From positions 10,871 to 74,870 of the forward strand of contig JBFMFX010000017.1 in assembly GCA_040752005.1 (NCBI GenBank): 64,000 bases of DNA, read 5' to 3'. This DNA is from Pseudomonadota bacterium (GTDB lineage Bacteria; Pseudomonadota; Gammaproteobacteria; Burkholderiales; SG8-39). Positions 21,753-29,410 of this stretch are shown here, piece after piece. How positions within the stretch are numbered: the first letter of the stretch is position 1; each line of letters starts with the position of its first letter. A program made the position numbers and the translations under genes. The notes under the pieces are model-generated. The model was not told the origin of the DNA, did no database searches, and saw nothing but the letters and a program-made list of their open reading frames with translations.

Positions 21753-22550
21753 ATGCGTGCATTCCACTACCACCGCCCGGCGAGCCTCGCCGAGGCTGCT
21801 TCGCTCGCCGCCAGAGGGGAAGCGAAACTGCTGGCCGGCGGCCAGTCGCTCGTGCAGGCGATGAAGCTGCGGCTCGCCTCGCCCTCGGACGTCGTGGACC
21901 TGGGGGGCCTCAGGGACCTCGGCGGAATCAAGTCCGACGGCAAGACGCTCACCATCGGCGCGATGACGCGCCACGCCGAAGTCGCCGATTCGGCCGAAGT
22001 GAAGAAGGCGATCCCGGCCCTCGCGGCGCTCGCTGGCATGATCGGTGACCGCCAGGTCCGGGCGATGGGCACCCTGGGCGGCTCGATCGCCAACAACGAT
22101 CCCGCGGCCGACTATCCGGCGGCGGTGCTCGGCCTCAATGCGGTCGTGCATACCAACAAGGGCCGGCACGAGGCCGACAAGTTCTTCAAGGGCCTGTACG
22201 AAACCGCGCTTGCGCCCGGCGAGATCATCACCTCGGTCGCCTTCCAGATTCCGAAACGCGCCGCCTACATGAAGTTCAAGAACCCGGCTTCGCGCTTCGC
22301 CATCGTCGGCGTGTTCGTCGCCGATTTCGGCGGCGGCAACGTGCGCGTGGCGGTGACCGGCGCCGGCCCGTGCGTGTTCCGCCAGACGGACATGGAGAAG
22401 GCGCTGGCGGCGAAGTTCGAGCCGGCCTCGGTCGCCAACGTCAAGGTGAGCCCTGCCGGACTGAACAGCGACCTGCACGCGAGCGCAGAGTATCGGGCGC
22501 ACCTCGTCACCGTCATGGCGAAGCGCGCGGTGGAGGCGGCGCTGAAGTAG
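21753..22550 (+). CDS. coxM: Molybdo-hydroxylase FAD-binding medium subunit (CoxM-like)
   Basis: LLAGGQSLVQAMKLR and GTLGGSIANNDPAADYP are the PCMH-type FAD-binding motifs. Confidence 0.92.
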   Translation: MRAFHYHRPASLAEAASLAARGEAKLLAGGQSLVQAMKLRLASPSDVVDLGGLRDLGGIKSDGKTLTIGAMTRHAEVADSAEVKKAIPALAALAGMIGDRQVRAMGTLGGSIANNDPAADYPAAVLGLNAVVHTNKGRHEADKFFKGLYETALAPGEIITSVAFQIPKRAAYMKFKNPASRFAIVGVFVADFGGGNVRVAVTGAGPCVFRQTDMEKALAAKFEPASVANVKVSPAGLNSDLHASAEYRAHLVTVMAKRAVEAALK

Positions 22551-22583
22551 AGAAGGTTGTTCGGGAGGGGGAGCGGGAGGAAA

Positions 22584-22609
22584 GCCCGCGCGCTGCGCGG
22601 GCTTTTTTT
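22584..22609 (+). terminator. Rho-independent terminator after coxM
   Basis: Stem GCCCGCG-(cgctg)-CGCGGGC followed by T7 at 22603-22609. Confidence 0.8.
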
Positions 22610-22614
22610 CGCCG

Positions 22615-23001
22615 CTACGTCACTCTCCGGAACGTGAACTCCCACCGGCCCGGCCGTAGATGGAGCGTGTCGCCGTCGGCGCGGAAAAAATGAAACAGCT
22701 CGCCTTCCTCGGCGACGTCGTTCCAGTTGCGCCGCCGGCTGATCACGAAGGCTTCGCCGACGACCCGGTAGCGCCCGGAGAAGGCGAAGGCTTCACGGAA
22801 CGCCGCGAGGATCTCGCCCACGTCCTTCGCGCCCGGTTCATGGCCATCGAGCAGCGCCATGAACCGGCGCGCCGGGGTAAACAGGATGCAGGCGCGTGGC
22901 AGCCGGCCCGGCGCCCGCAGGCCGTCATGTCTCGCCTCGGCGATCTCCCAGACACCGACCAGCGCGTCCCCGCCCCGTGGCGGCTCGACTTGACGTTCCA
23001 T
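22615..23001 (-). CDS. Lipocalin-like domain protein (hypothetical)
   Basis: The start is trimmed to MERQVEPP. LVGVWEI...ILFTPARRFMALL...FSGRYRVVGEAFV...GDTLHLR fits the lipocalin-like (PF13924-type) pattern as I recall it. Confidence 0.55.
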   Translation of the reverse strand: MERQVEPPRGGDALVGVWEIAEARHDGLRAPGRLPRACILFTPARRFMALLDGHEPGAKDVGEILAAFREAFAFSGRYRVVGEAFVISRRRNWNDVAEEGELFHFFRADGDTLHLRPGRWEFTFRRVT

Positions 23002-23166
23002 TTCCCTTTGCTGGCCGAGAACCACCGCTTCGCTCCTTCGGCACCGGTCGGATGATCGAGCAGAGTGCTCCCGGCGGTTCCGCCCGTCAGCCAGTTGCGT
23101 CACGCCGGCGCCGTGCAATCTGCACGCCGGAGCAAACGGAGAGTGGCGCCTGCCAGCCAAATGCCC

Positions 23167-23183
23167 GAAAATGTGGCATTTTC
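23167..23183. promoter_or_regulatory. Inverted repeat GAAAATG-tgg-CATTTTC upstream of coxD; overlaps a weak GG-N10-GC (sigma-54-like) spacing
   Basis: The repeat has 7-bp perfect arms, read directly. TGGCAT-N5-cAGC resembles TGGCAC-N5-TTGC only partly. Confidence 0.25.
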
Positions 23184-23200
23184 GCAGCGCGCAAATCCTC

Positions 23201-24118
23201 ATGCCCAGCCCCCGAGCGTTCCCCAGATCCATCGAAGAGACCCTGCAGATCCTCGGCGCCGCCGATTACGTCGCCGACCGCAGCCTCGCCACCGCGGTGT
23301 ACCTCGCTCTCGCCATGCGGCGGCCGCTCTTCCTCGAAGGCGAAGCCGGCGTCGGCAAGACCGAGATCGCCAAGGTGCTCGCCGCGAGCCTCGGACGCGA
23401 GCTGATCCGCCTGCAATGCTACGAGGGCCTGGACATCGCGCAGGCGGCCTACGAGTGGAACTACTCGCGCCAGATGATCGAGATCCGGCTCGCCGAGGCC
23501 GCCGGGGAAAAATCGCGCGAGAGGCTCGCGCAGGACATCTACGCCGAGCGGTTCCTCGTCAAGCGGCCGCTGGCGCGCGCGCTGGAGGGAAAGCCGGGCG
23601 CCACCCCGGTATTGCTCATTGACGAGCTGGACCGCACCGACGAGCCGTTCGAGGCGTATCTGCTGGAGGTGCTCTCCGACTGGCAGATCACGATCCCGGA
23701 GCTCGGCACCCTGCGCGCTGCCGAGCCGCCGGTGGTGGTGATCACCTCGAACCGCACGCGCGAGATCCACGACGCGGTCAAGCGCCGCTGCTTCTACTAC
23801 TGGGTGGACTATCCGGACGCCGAACGCGAGCTGGAGATATTGCGGCGCAAGGCACCCGGCGCCGCCGCCGCGCTCTCGCGCGAGGTCGTCGAGTTCGTGC
23901 AGCGTCTGCGCAGGATGGATCTGTTCAAGGTGCCGGGAGTGGCGGAGACGATAGACTGGGCGAACTGCCTGGTCGCGCTCGACCGCGTCGCGCTCGACCC
24001 GGAGACGGTGAGCAACACGCTCGGGGTGCTGCTCAAGTACCGGGACGACATCGAACGCCTCTCCGGCGCGGAGGCCGAGCGGCTCGTGAGCGAGGCGAAG
24101 TCCGCCGTCGCCGCCTGA
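23201..24118 (+). CDS. coxD: MoxR-type AAA+ ATPase (CoxD-like)
   Basis: LFLEGEAGVGKTEIAK is Walker A and VLLIDELDR is Walker B, followed by VVITSNRTREIHDAVKRRC. The start could instead be ATG 23171. Confidence 0.85.
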   Translation: MPSPRAFPRSIEETLQILGAADYVADRSLATAVYLALAMRRPLFLEGEAGVGKTEIAKVLAASLGRELIRLQCYEGLDIAQAAYEWNYSRQMIEIRLAEAAGEKSRERLAQDIYAERFLVKRPLARALEGKPGATPVLLIDELDRTDEPFEAYLLEVLSDWQITIPELGTLRAAEPPVVVITSNRTREIHDAVKRRCFYYWVDYPDAERELEILRRKAPGAAAALSREVVEFVQRLRRMDLFKVPGVAETIDWANCLVALDRVALDPETVSNTLGVLLKYRDDIERLSGAEAERLVSEAKSAVAA

Positions 24119-24124
24119 CACCGG

Positions 24125-25453
24125 ATGAGCGCGGTTTCACTTCTGCGCCGCCTGCTCGGGCGCCCGCGATCCGGCATCGCGCCACGCACGCGCCAGCTGG
24201 TGCAACTGTGCCAGGCGCTGCTGGGCGAGGGCGGCGAGGTCTCGGGCATGGCCACCGCCCGCCAGGCCTTGGCCGCCTACCACGCGCTCGATGAGCGGGA
24301 GCGCGAACAGTTCTTCGACGTCCTCAGCGAGGACTTTTCGCCTTCGCCGGAGGCCGTCGGCAAGGCGGCCGACGCCTACCGCGACGACCCGACGCCGCAC
24401 AACCTGATCCGGCTGCAGCAGGTGGTCGAGCCGCCGCGGCAGGAGCTTTTCCGGCGCCTGAACATGGCCGCCGGCGGCACCGCCGCGCTGGTGGAGATGC
24501 GCCGGCTGGTGCTGCGCGGGCTCGCCGCGCATCCGGCATGGAAGGTGATTGACGCCGATCTGCTGCACCTGTTCCGCTCCTGGTTCAACCGCGGCTTCCT
24601 GCGGCTCGAGCGCATCGACTGGCACACGCCGGCGATCGTGCTCGAGAAGCTGATCCGGTACGAAGCGGTGCATGCGATTCAGGGATGGCGCGACCTGCGG
24701 CGGCGGCTGGAGGCGGACCGGCGCTGCTTCGCGTTCTTTCACCCGCAGCTGCCGGAAGAGCCGATCATCTTCATCGAGGTGGCGCTCACGCGGGGGATGA
24801 GCGCACAGGTCCAGCCGCTGCTCGACGTCGGCGCGCCGGTCTTCCCGCCCGAGCAGGCCGACTGCGCCATGTTCTACTCCATCACCAACTGCCAGGAAGG
24901 CCTGCGCGGCATATCCTTCGGCAACCTGCTCATCAAGCAGGTCGTCGAAGACCTGAAGCGCGAGTTCCCGCACCTGAAGACGTTTGCGACCCTCTCGCCG
25001 ATTCCCGGCTTTCGCAAATGGCTCGCGGAGCCCGATACGCGGGTGCGGCTCGCCATGGGTCGAGACGGCGAAGCGCGCATCGCGCTGCTCGCGCAGATCC
25101 ACACGCCGGGCTGGCATCTGCACGAGGTGCCGGAATCGCTGCAGAAGATGCTGATGCGCCTGTGCGCCTGGTATCTGCTGCACGCCAAGCGCGGCACGGA
25201 ACCCTACGACGCGGTGGCGCGTTTCCACCTGGAGAACGGTGCGGCGCTGGAGCGCCTCAACTGGCTGAGCGACACCTCGGAGGCGGGGATGGCGCGCTCG
25301 GCCGGCCTGATGGTCAATTACGTCTACCGGCTGGAGGACGTGGAGCGCAATCACCAGCGCTATTTCGCCGCGCACGAGGTGGTCGCCTCGCGCGCTGTCG
25401 AGAAGCTGGCGCGCAAATGCGTGCTGGCGCTGGACAAGCCGGGCGAGGGCTGA
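24125..25453 (+). CDS. Malonyl-CoA decarboxylase family protein
   Basis: CFAFFHPQLPEEPIIFIEVALT...MFYSITNCQEGLRGISFGNLLIKQVVEDLKREFPHLKTFATLSPIPGFRKWL closely parallels the conserved MCD catalytic region. Confidence 0.88.
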   Translation: MSAVSLLRRLLGRPRSGIAPRTRQLVQLCQALLGEGGEVSGMATARQALAAYHALDEREREQFFDVLSEDFSPSPEAVGKAADAYRDDPTPHNLIRLQQVVEPPRQELFRRLNMAAGGTAALVEMRRLVLRGLAAHPAWKVIDADLLHLFRSWFNRGFLRLERIDWHTPAIVLEKLIRYEAVHAIQGWRDLRRRLEADRRCFAFFHPQLPEEPIIFIEVALTRGMSAQVQPLLDVGAPVFPPEQADCAMFYSITNCQEGLRGISFGNLLIKQVVEDLKREFPHLKTFATLSPIPGFRKWLAEPDTRVRLAMGRDGEARIALLAQIHTPGWHLHEVPESLQKMLMRLCAWYLLHAKRGTEPYDAVARFHLENGAALERLNWLSDTSEAGMARSAGLMVNYVYRLEDVERNHQRYFAAHEVVASRAVEKLARKCVLALDKPGEG

Positions 25454-25454
25454 C

Positions 25455-26660
25455 ATGATCGCGCCGCTCGATACGCCCGCTCCCCAGGGCAGGCTCGCCG
25501 AGAACGTGATGCACTTCGCGCGCCTGCTGCGCGCCGCGGGCCTGCGCATCGGCCCCGATCGCGTGCTCGACTGCGTGCAGGCGCTGGCGCTCGCCGGCTG
25601 CAAGTGCCGCGAGGACTGGTACTGGACGATGTCCGCGGTGCTGCTCTCGCGCGAGGAACAGCGCCCGATCTTCGATCAGGCGTTCCGCATCTTCTGGCGC
25701 GACCCGCGACTCACCGAGCGCATGATGCAGGCGCTTCTGCCCAAGGCCTACGGCCGCGTGGACAAACCCAAGGAGCAGAGCCAGCGGCTCACGGACGCGC
25801 TCTTCGGCCAGAAGAAGCCCGAGCCGCGTGAGGAGCGCAAGGTGGAGCTCGACGCGCGCCTCACCTTTTCCTCGCGCGAGGTGCTGCAGCGCATGGACTT
25901 CGACACCATGTCGGCCGCCGAGCTGGCGGAGGCGAAGAAAATGCTGGCCGAGCTGCGCCTGCCGCTGCCGATGGTGCGCACGCGGCGCCTTGCGCCCGCG
26001 GCGCGCGGCGAGCGCGTGCACATGCGCGCCACCCTGCGCCAGAGCCTGCGCGAAGGCGGCGACATCATCGCGCTCGTGCGCGCGGCGCCGGTCGAAGTGC
26101 ACCCGCCGCTGGTGGTGCTGTGCGACATTTCCGGTTCGATGAACCCGTACGCGCGCATGTTCCTGCATTTCCTGCACGCGATCACCAACGACCGCGACCG
26201 CGTCAGCGTGTTCGTGTTCGGCACGCGCCTGACCAACATCACGCGGCAGTTGCGGCATCGCGACGTGGACGTGGCGATGGCGCGCGTCGCCGACGTGATC
26301 AAGGACTGGTCCGGGGGCACCCGCATCGGCGCCTGCCTGCGCGAGTTCAACTGGCGCTGGTCGCGGCGCGTGCTCGGCCAGAACGCGTGCGTGCTGCTCG
26401 TCTCCGACGGCCTGGACCGCGAGGCGGGCGAAGGGCTCGCTGAGGAAATGGAGCGGCTGCACAAGTCGTGCCGGGATCTCATCTGGCTCAACCCTCTGCT
26501 GCGCTACGAGAAATTCGAGGCGCGCCCCGCCGGCGTGCGCGCGATGCTGCCGCACGTGGACCGGTTCCTGCCCGTGCACAATCTGAAGAGCCTCGTGGAC
26601 CTCGCGCACGCGCTGGCGCGGCCCGAGCCTCGGCACCTGGAGAAACGCGCATGGAGATGA
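25455..26660 (+). CDS. coxE: VWA-domain protein (CoxE-like)
   Basis: The CoxE-type N-region is ENVMHFARLLRAAGLRIGPDR. The C-terminal VWA has a MIDAS-like VVLCDISGSM motif. Confidence 0.88.
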   Translation: MIAPLDTPAPQGRLAENVMHFARLLRAAGLRIGPDRVLDCVQALALAGCKCREDWYWTMSAVLLSREEQRPIFDQAFRIFWRDPRLTERMMQALLPKAYGRVDKPKEQSQRLTDALFGQKKPEPREERKVELDARLTFSSREVLQRMDFDTMSAAELAEAKKMLAELRLPLPMVRTRRLAPAARGERVHMRATLRQSLREGGDIIALVRAAPVEVHPPLVVLCDISGSMNPYARMFLHFLHAITNDRDRVSVFVFGTRLTNITRQLRHRDVDVAMARVADVIKDWSGGTRIGACLREFNWRWSRRVLGQNACVLLVSDGLDREAGEGLAEEMERLHKSCRDLIWLNPLLRYEKFEARPAGVRAMLPHVDRFLPVHNLKSLVDLAHALARPEPRHLEKRAWR

Positions 26661-27253
26661 CCGGCGAGCAGCTCATTCCGGCCTCGCAGGAGGAAACCTG
26701 GAAGGCGCTCAACGACACCGAGTTCCTGAAGCAGTGCGTGCCCGGCTGCGAGGCGATCGAGCCGGCCGGCGACAACACCTACACGGTGCAGATGACGGCG
26801 CGCGTCGGCCCGGTGAGCGCGAAGTTCAAGGGCAAGCTGACGCTGTCGGACCTCGATCCGCCGCGCGCGTACTCGATCGCCTTCGAGGGCCAGGGCGGCG
26901 TGGCGGGCTTCGCCCGCGGCAGCGCCCGGGTGCACCTCGTACCCGACGGCGACCGCACGAAGCTCACCTACACGGTGAAGGCGAGTGTCGGCGGCAAGCT
27001 GGCGCAGATCGGCTCGCGGCTGGTGGACGCGGCGGCGCAGAAAGTGGCGAACGACTTCTTCACCGCGTTCAACGACAAGCTCGCCGAGCGCCGGCCGCAG
27101 GCGGCCGCCGTGGCGGACGAATATCACGACCCGCACTTCCCCGAGCCGGTGCCGCGCGACCCGGAGCTGCCCGACGTGTCGGATGCCACGCTGGCGTTTT
27201 TCGCCGCCGGCATGCTCGTCGTCGTCGCGGTGGCGCTGCTGACGCTGCTCTGA
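26651..27253 (+). CDS. coxG: SRPBCC-fold CoxG-like protein with C-terminal membrane anchor
   Basis: MEMTGEQLIPASQEETWKALNDTEFLKQCVPGCE...VGPVSAKFKG is followed by a terminal hydrophobic helix (FFAAGMLVVVAVALLTLL). It overlaps coxE by 10 nt. Confidence 0.85.
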   Translation: MEMTGEQLIPASQEETWKALNDTEFLKQCVPGCEAIEPAGDNTYTVQMTARVGPVSAKFKGKLTLSDLDPPRAYSIAFEGQGGVAGFARGSARVHLVPDGDRTKLTYTVKASVGGKLAQIGSRLVDAAAQKVANDFFTAFNDKLAERRPQAAAVADEYHDPHFPEPVPRDPELPDVSDATLAFFAAGMLVVVAVALLTLL

Positions 27254-27948
27254 TGAGCACAGCGCTCGTCTTTCGTGACGACGCCTACGCACGCGCCTGC
27301 GAGGCCACCGTCGTCTCGGTGCGCGAGAACATCGTCGTGCTCGACCGCACCGTGTTCTATCCGCTCGGCGGCGGGCAGCCGGGCGACACCGGCCGCATCG
27401 GCGGCCTGCGCGTGACCGACACGCGCAAGGGCGAAGACGACACGGTGCTGCACATCGTCGAGCCGGGCGCGCCGCTGCCCGAGCCCGGCTCGCGCGTGCT
27501 CGCCGAGATTGACTGGGAGCGGCGCCACCGCCTGATGCGCTTTCATACCGCGCTGCACCTGCTCGGGGCGGTGGTGAAGGCTCCGGTCACCGGCGGACGC
27601 ATCGCCGAGGACAAGGCACATCTCGATTTCGACATCGAGATGGAGCGGCTCGTGAAGGACGAGATCGAGGAAGGCGTCAACGCGCTGGTGCGTGCGGGGC
27701 ACGCGACGCGGGCAAGCTGGATCACCGACGCCGAGCTCGATGCGCGGCCCGAACTCGTGCGCACGATGTCGGTCGCGCCGCCGCGCGGCGCCGGGCGCGT
27801 GCGCCTTGTCGAAATTCCGGGGGTGGACCTCCAGGCCTGCGGCGGCACTCATGTGGCCAACACGCGCGAGATCGGCCCGATCACGGTTGTGCGCATTCGT
27901 TCCGAAGGCAGGCGCAACAAGCGCGTCACCATCGCGTTCGCGGAATAG
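27253..27948 (+). CDS. alaX: AlaX-type alanyl-tRNA editing protein (Ser-tRNA(Ala) deacylase family)
   Basis: TVFYPLGGGQPGDTG, the HTALHLL zinc motif and CGGTHV are present. The ATG shares one nt with the coxG stop (TGATG). Confidence 0.85.
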   Translation: MSTALVFRDDAYARACEATVVSVRENIVVLDRTVFYPLGGGQPGDTGRIGGLRVTDTRKGEDDTVLHIVEPGAPLPEPGSRVLAEIDWERRHRLMRFHTALHLLGAVVKAPVTGGRIAEDKAHLDFDIEMERLVKDEIEEGVNALVRAGHATRASWITDAELDARPELVRTMSVAPPRGAGRVRLVEIPGVDLQACGGTHVANTREIGPITVVRIRSEGRRNKRVTIAFAE

Positions 27949-28056
27949 TTCACGCCGCGCCCTCCCCGTCGCGGGAAGAACGGGAAGCCGTTCCTGTCTT
28001 GCAGTTTCTTGCAAGCCCCACGCTCGGGTTCACGCCCCATCTGGCGCGGCAGCCCG

Positions 28057-28236
28057 GTGCAGACCGCGCAGCGGGCGCGCGCCGGGGAAATCGTCCTCTC
28101 GGACGCGGTGATGGGCGCGCTTTCGGTCGAAAACCTCGACCTCGACGCCGAGCCGCTGCCGCCGCTCGAGCTTGCGCGCCGCCAGCCGCTGCGGATCTAC
28201 GGCGTGCTGCTCGAGAGCCGGCTCGACTTCACGTAG
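28057..28236 (+). CDS. Small hypothetical protein (about 59 aa from GTG)
   Basis: Strong GC3 periodicity from about 28057 to TAG 28236 (...EIVLSDAVMGALSVENLDLDAEPLPPLELARRQPLRIYGVLLESRLDFT). No family recognised, and the start is uncertain. Confidence 0.3.
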   Translation: MQTAQRARAGEIVLSDAVMGALSVENLDLDAEPLPPLELARRQPLRIYGVLLESRLDFT

Positions 28237-28852
28237 CGGCAGCCTCGCGGATCGCCGTGGCGAGCTCGCCGGGCGGCACGGCGCCGGACAGCCCCGAGCG
28301 GCGGTCGAATATGAAGGTGGGCACCGCCGAGATGCCGAAACCGCGCACCAGCTCCTCCTGCTCGGCCACCCGCACCGGATCGGCCGCCTCCGGCCAGCGG
28401 CGCACGCCGCAGCGCGCGGCGATTCTTGCCAGCACCGCCGCATCGCCGATGTCCCGCGCTTCCTCGAAGTAGGCGCGGAACAGCGCCTCCACCACCGGGC
28501 TCGCGCAGCCCTGCGCCTGCGCGACGTCTATCAGGCAGTGCGCGGCGGCGGTGTTCGGCGTGCGCGCGATGCGCTCGAAGGCGAACGCGATGCCTTCGCC
28601 CGCGCCCTCGGCGGCGACGCGCGCATCCAGCGCCCGCGCACGCTCGGGCGAACCGAACTTGGCGCGCCGGTAGTCTGCGCGCGCCATCCCCTCGGCCGGC
28701 ATGCCCGGGTTGAGCTGGAACGGAAGCCAGGCGATTTCAGCCTCGACTTCACCCTTCAGCAGCGCGAGCGCCTTCTCCAGCCGCCGCTTGCCGATGAAGC
28801 ACCACGGGCAGACGACATCGGAGGCGACCTCGATGCGCAGCCGCCCGGCCAT
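28229..28852 (-). CDS. DsbA/FrnE-family thiol oxidoreductase
   Basis: IEVASDVVCPWCFIGKRRLE carries the CPWC active site, and the rest fits a DsbA-like fold. Confidence 0.88.
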   Translation of the reverse strand: MAGRLRIEVASDVVCPWCFIGKRRLEKALALLKGEVEAEIAWLPFQLNPGMPAEGMARADYRRAKFGSPERARALDARVAAEGAGEGIAFAFERIARTPNTAAAHCLIDVAQAQGCASPVVEALFRAYFEEARDIGDAAVLARIAARCGVRRWPEAADPVRVAEQEELVRGFGISAVPTFIFDRRSGLSGAVPPGELATAIREAAAT

Positions 28853-28853
28853 G

Positions 28854-29393
28854 TCAGCGCCGCCCGGACGCGCCCGGGATGGTCCACAGGTACACGGTGC
28901 GGCCGTTCACCTCCAGCTTCTTTTCCGGCTTCCAGTCCCCCATGTCGAACTGGTGCGAGACGATGCGGGTACCGGGCTTGAGCTCCTTGAGCAGCCGCGG
29001 CCGCAGCTTCAGGTTGAGATCCGGCAGGAGGTAGAGCGTGATCACCGTTGCCTCCTTCCAGTTCGCCTGGAAGAGGTCCTCGTTGCGGAATTCGACCAGT
29101 TTCGTCACGCCCGCCTTGCGGGCGTTCTCGGTCGCTTCCTTGATCCGGTCAGGGTCTATGTCGATCCCCACCGCGCGCACGCCGTAACGGCGCGCGGCGG
29201 TGATCGGGATGCGCCCGTCGCCCGAACCGAGGTCGTAGAGCACGTCGCCTTTCCTGACACCGGCAAGGCACAGCATGTCGTCCACCACCTCCTGCGGCGT
29301 CGGCACGAAGATGACGTCGGGCGCGCGCGCCGGCTGCGCGGCAAGCGGCGGGGCGAGGATGACAAGAACGGCGATCGCAATGGCACGCAGCAT
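28854..29393 (-). CDS. Class I SAM-dependent methyltransferase with N-terminal signal/anchor sequence
   Basis: MLRAIAIAVLVILAPPLAAQPA is followed by VLYDLGSGDGRIPITAA (motif I). SD GAGGAGG lies upstream. The start is trimmed from ORF 28854..31256. Confidence 0.8.
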   Translation of the reverse strand: MLRAIAIAVLVILAPPLAAQPARAPDVIFVPTPQEVVDDMLCLAGVRKGDVLYDLGSGDGRIPITAARRYGVRAVGIDIDPDRIKEATENARKAGVTKLVEFRNEDLFQANWKEATVITLYLLPDLNLKLRPRLLKELKPGTRIVSHQFDMGDWKPEKKLEVNGRTVYLWTIPGASGRR

Positions 29394-29410
29394 CCGGTGT
29401 GACCTCCTCT

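Noticed and set aside
23171-23200. Alternative coxD start at ATG 23171 (MWHFRSAQIL...).
   Set aside because: It lies inside the AT-rich inverted repeat, and the added residues are not part of the MoxR fold. ATG 23201 is preferred, but this is not proven.
27978-27993. Hairpin GAACGG-gaag-CCGTTC and palindromic CTTGCAAG after alaX, considered as a terminator or ncRNA.
   Set aside because: The stem is only 6 bp with a weak, interrupted U-tract. No recognisable ncRNA family motif (SRP, 6S, tmRNA, RNase P) is present in 27949-28056.
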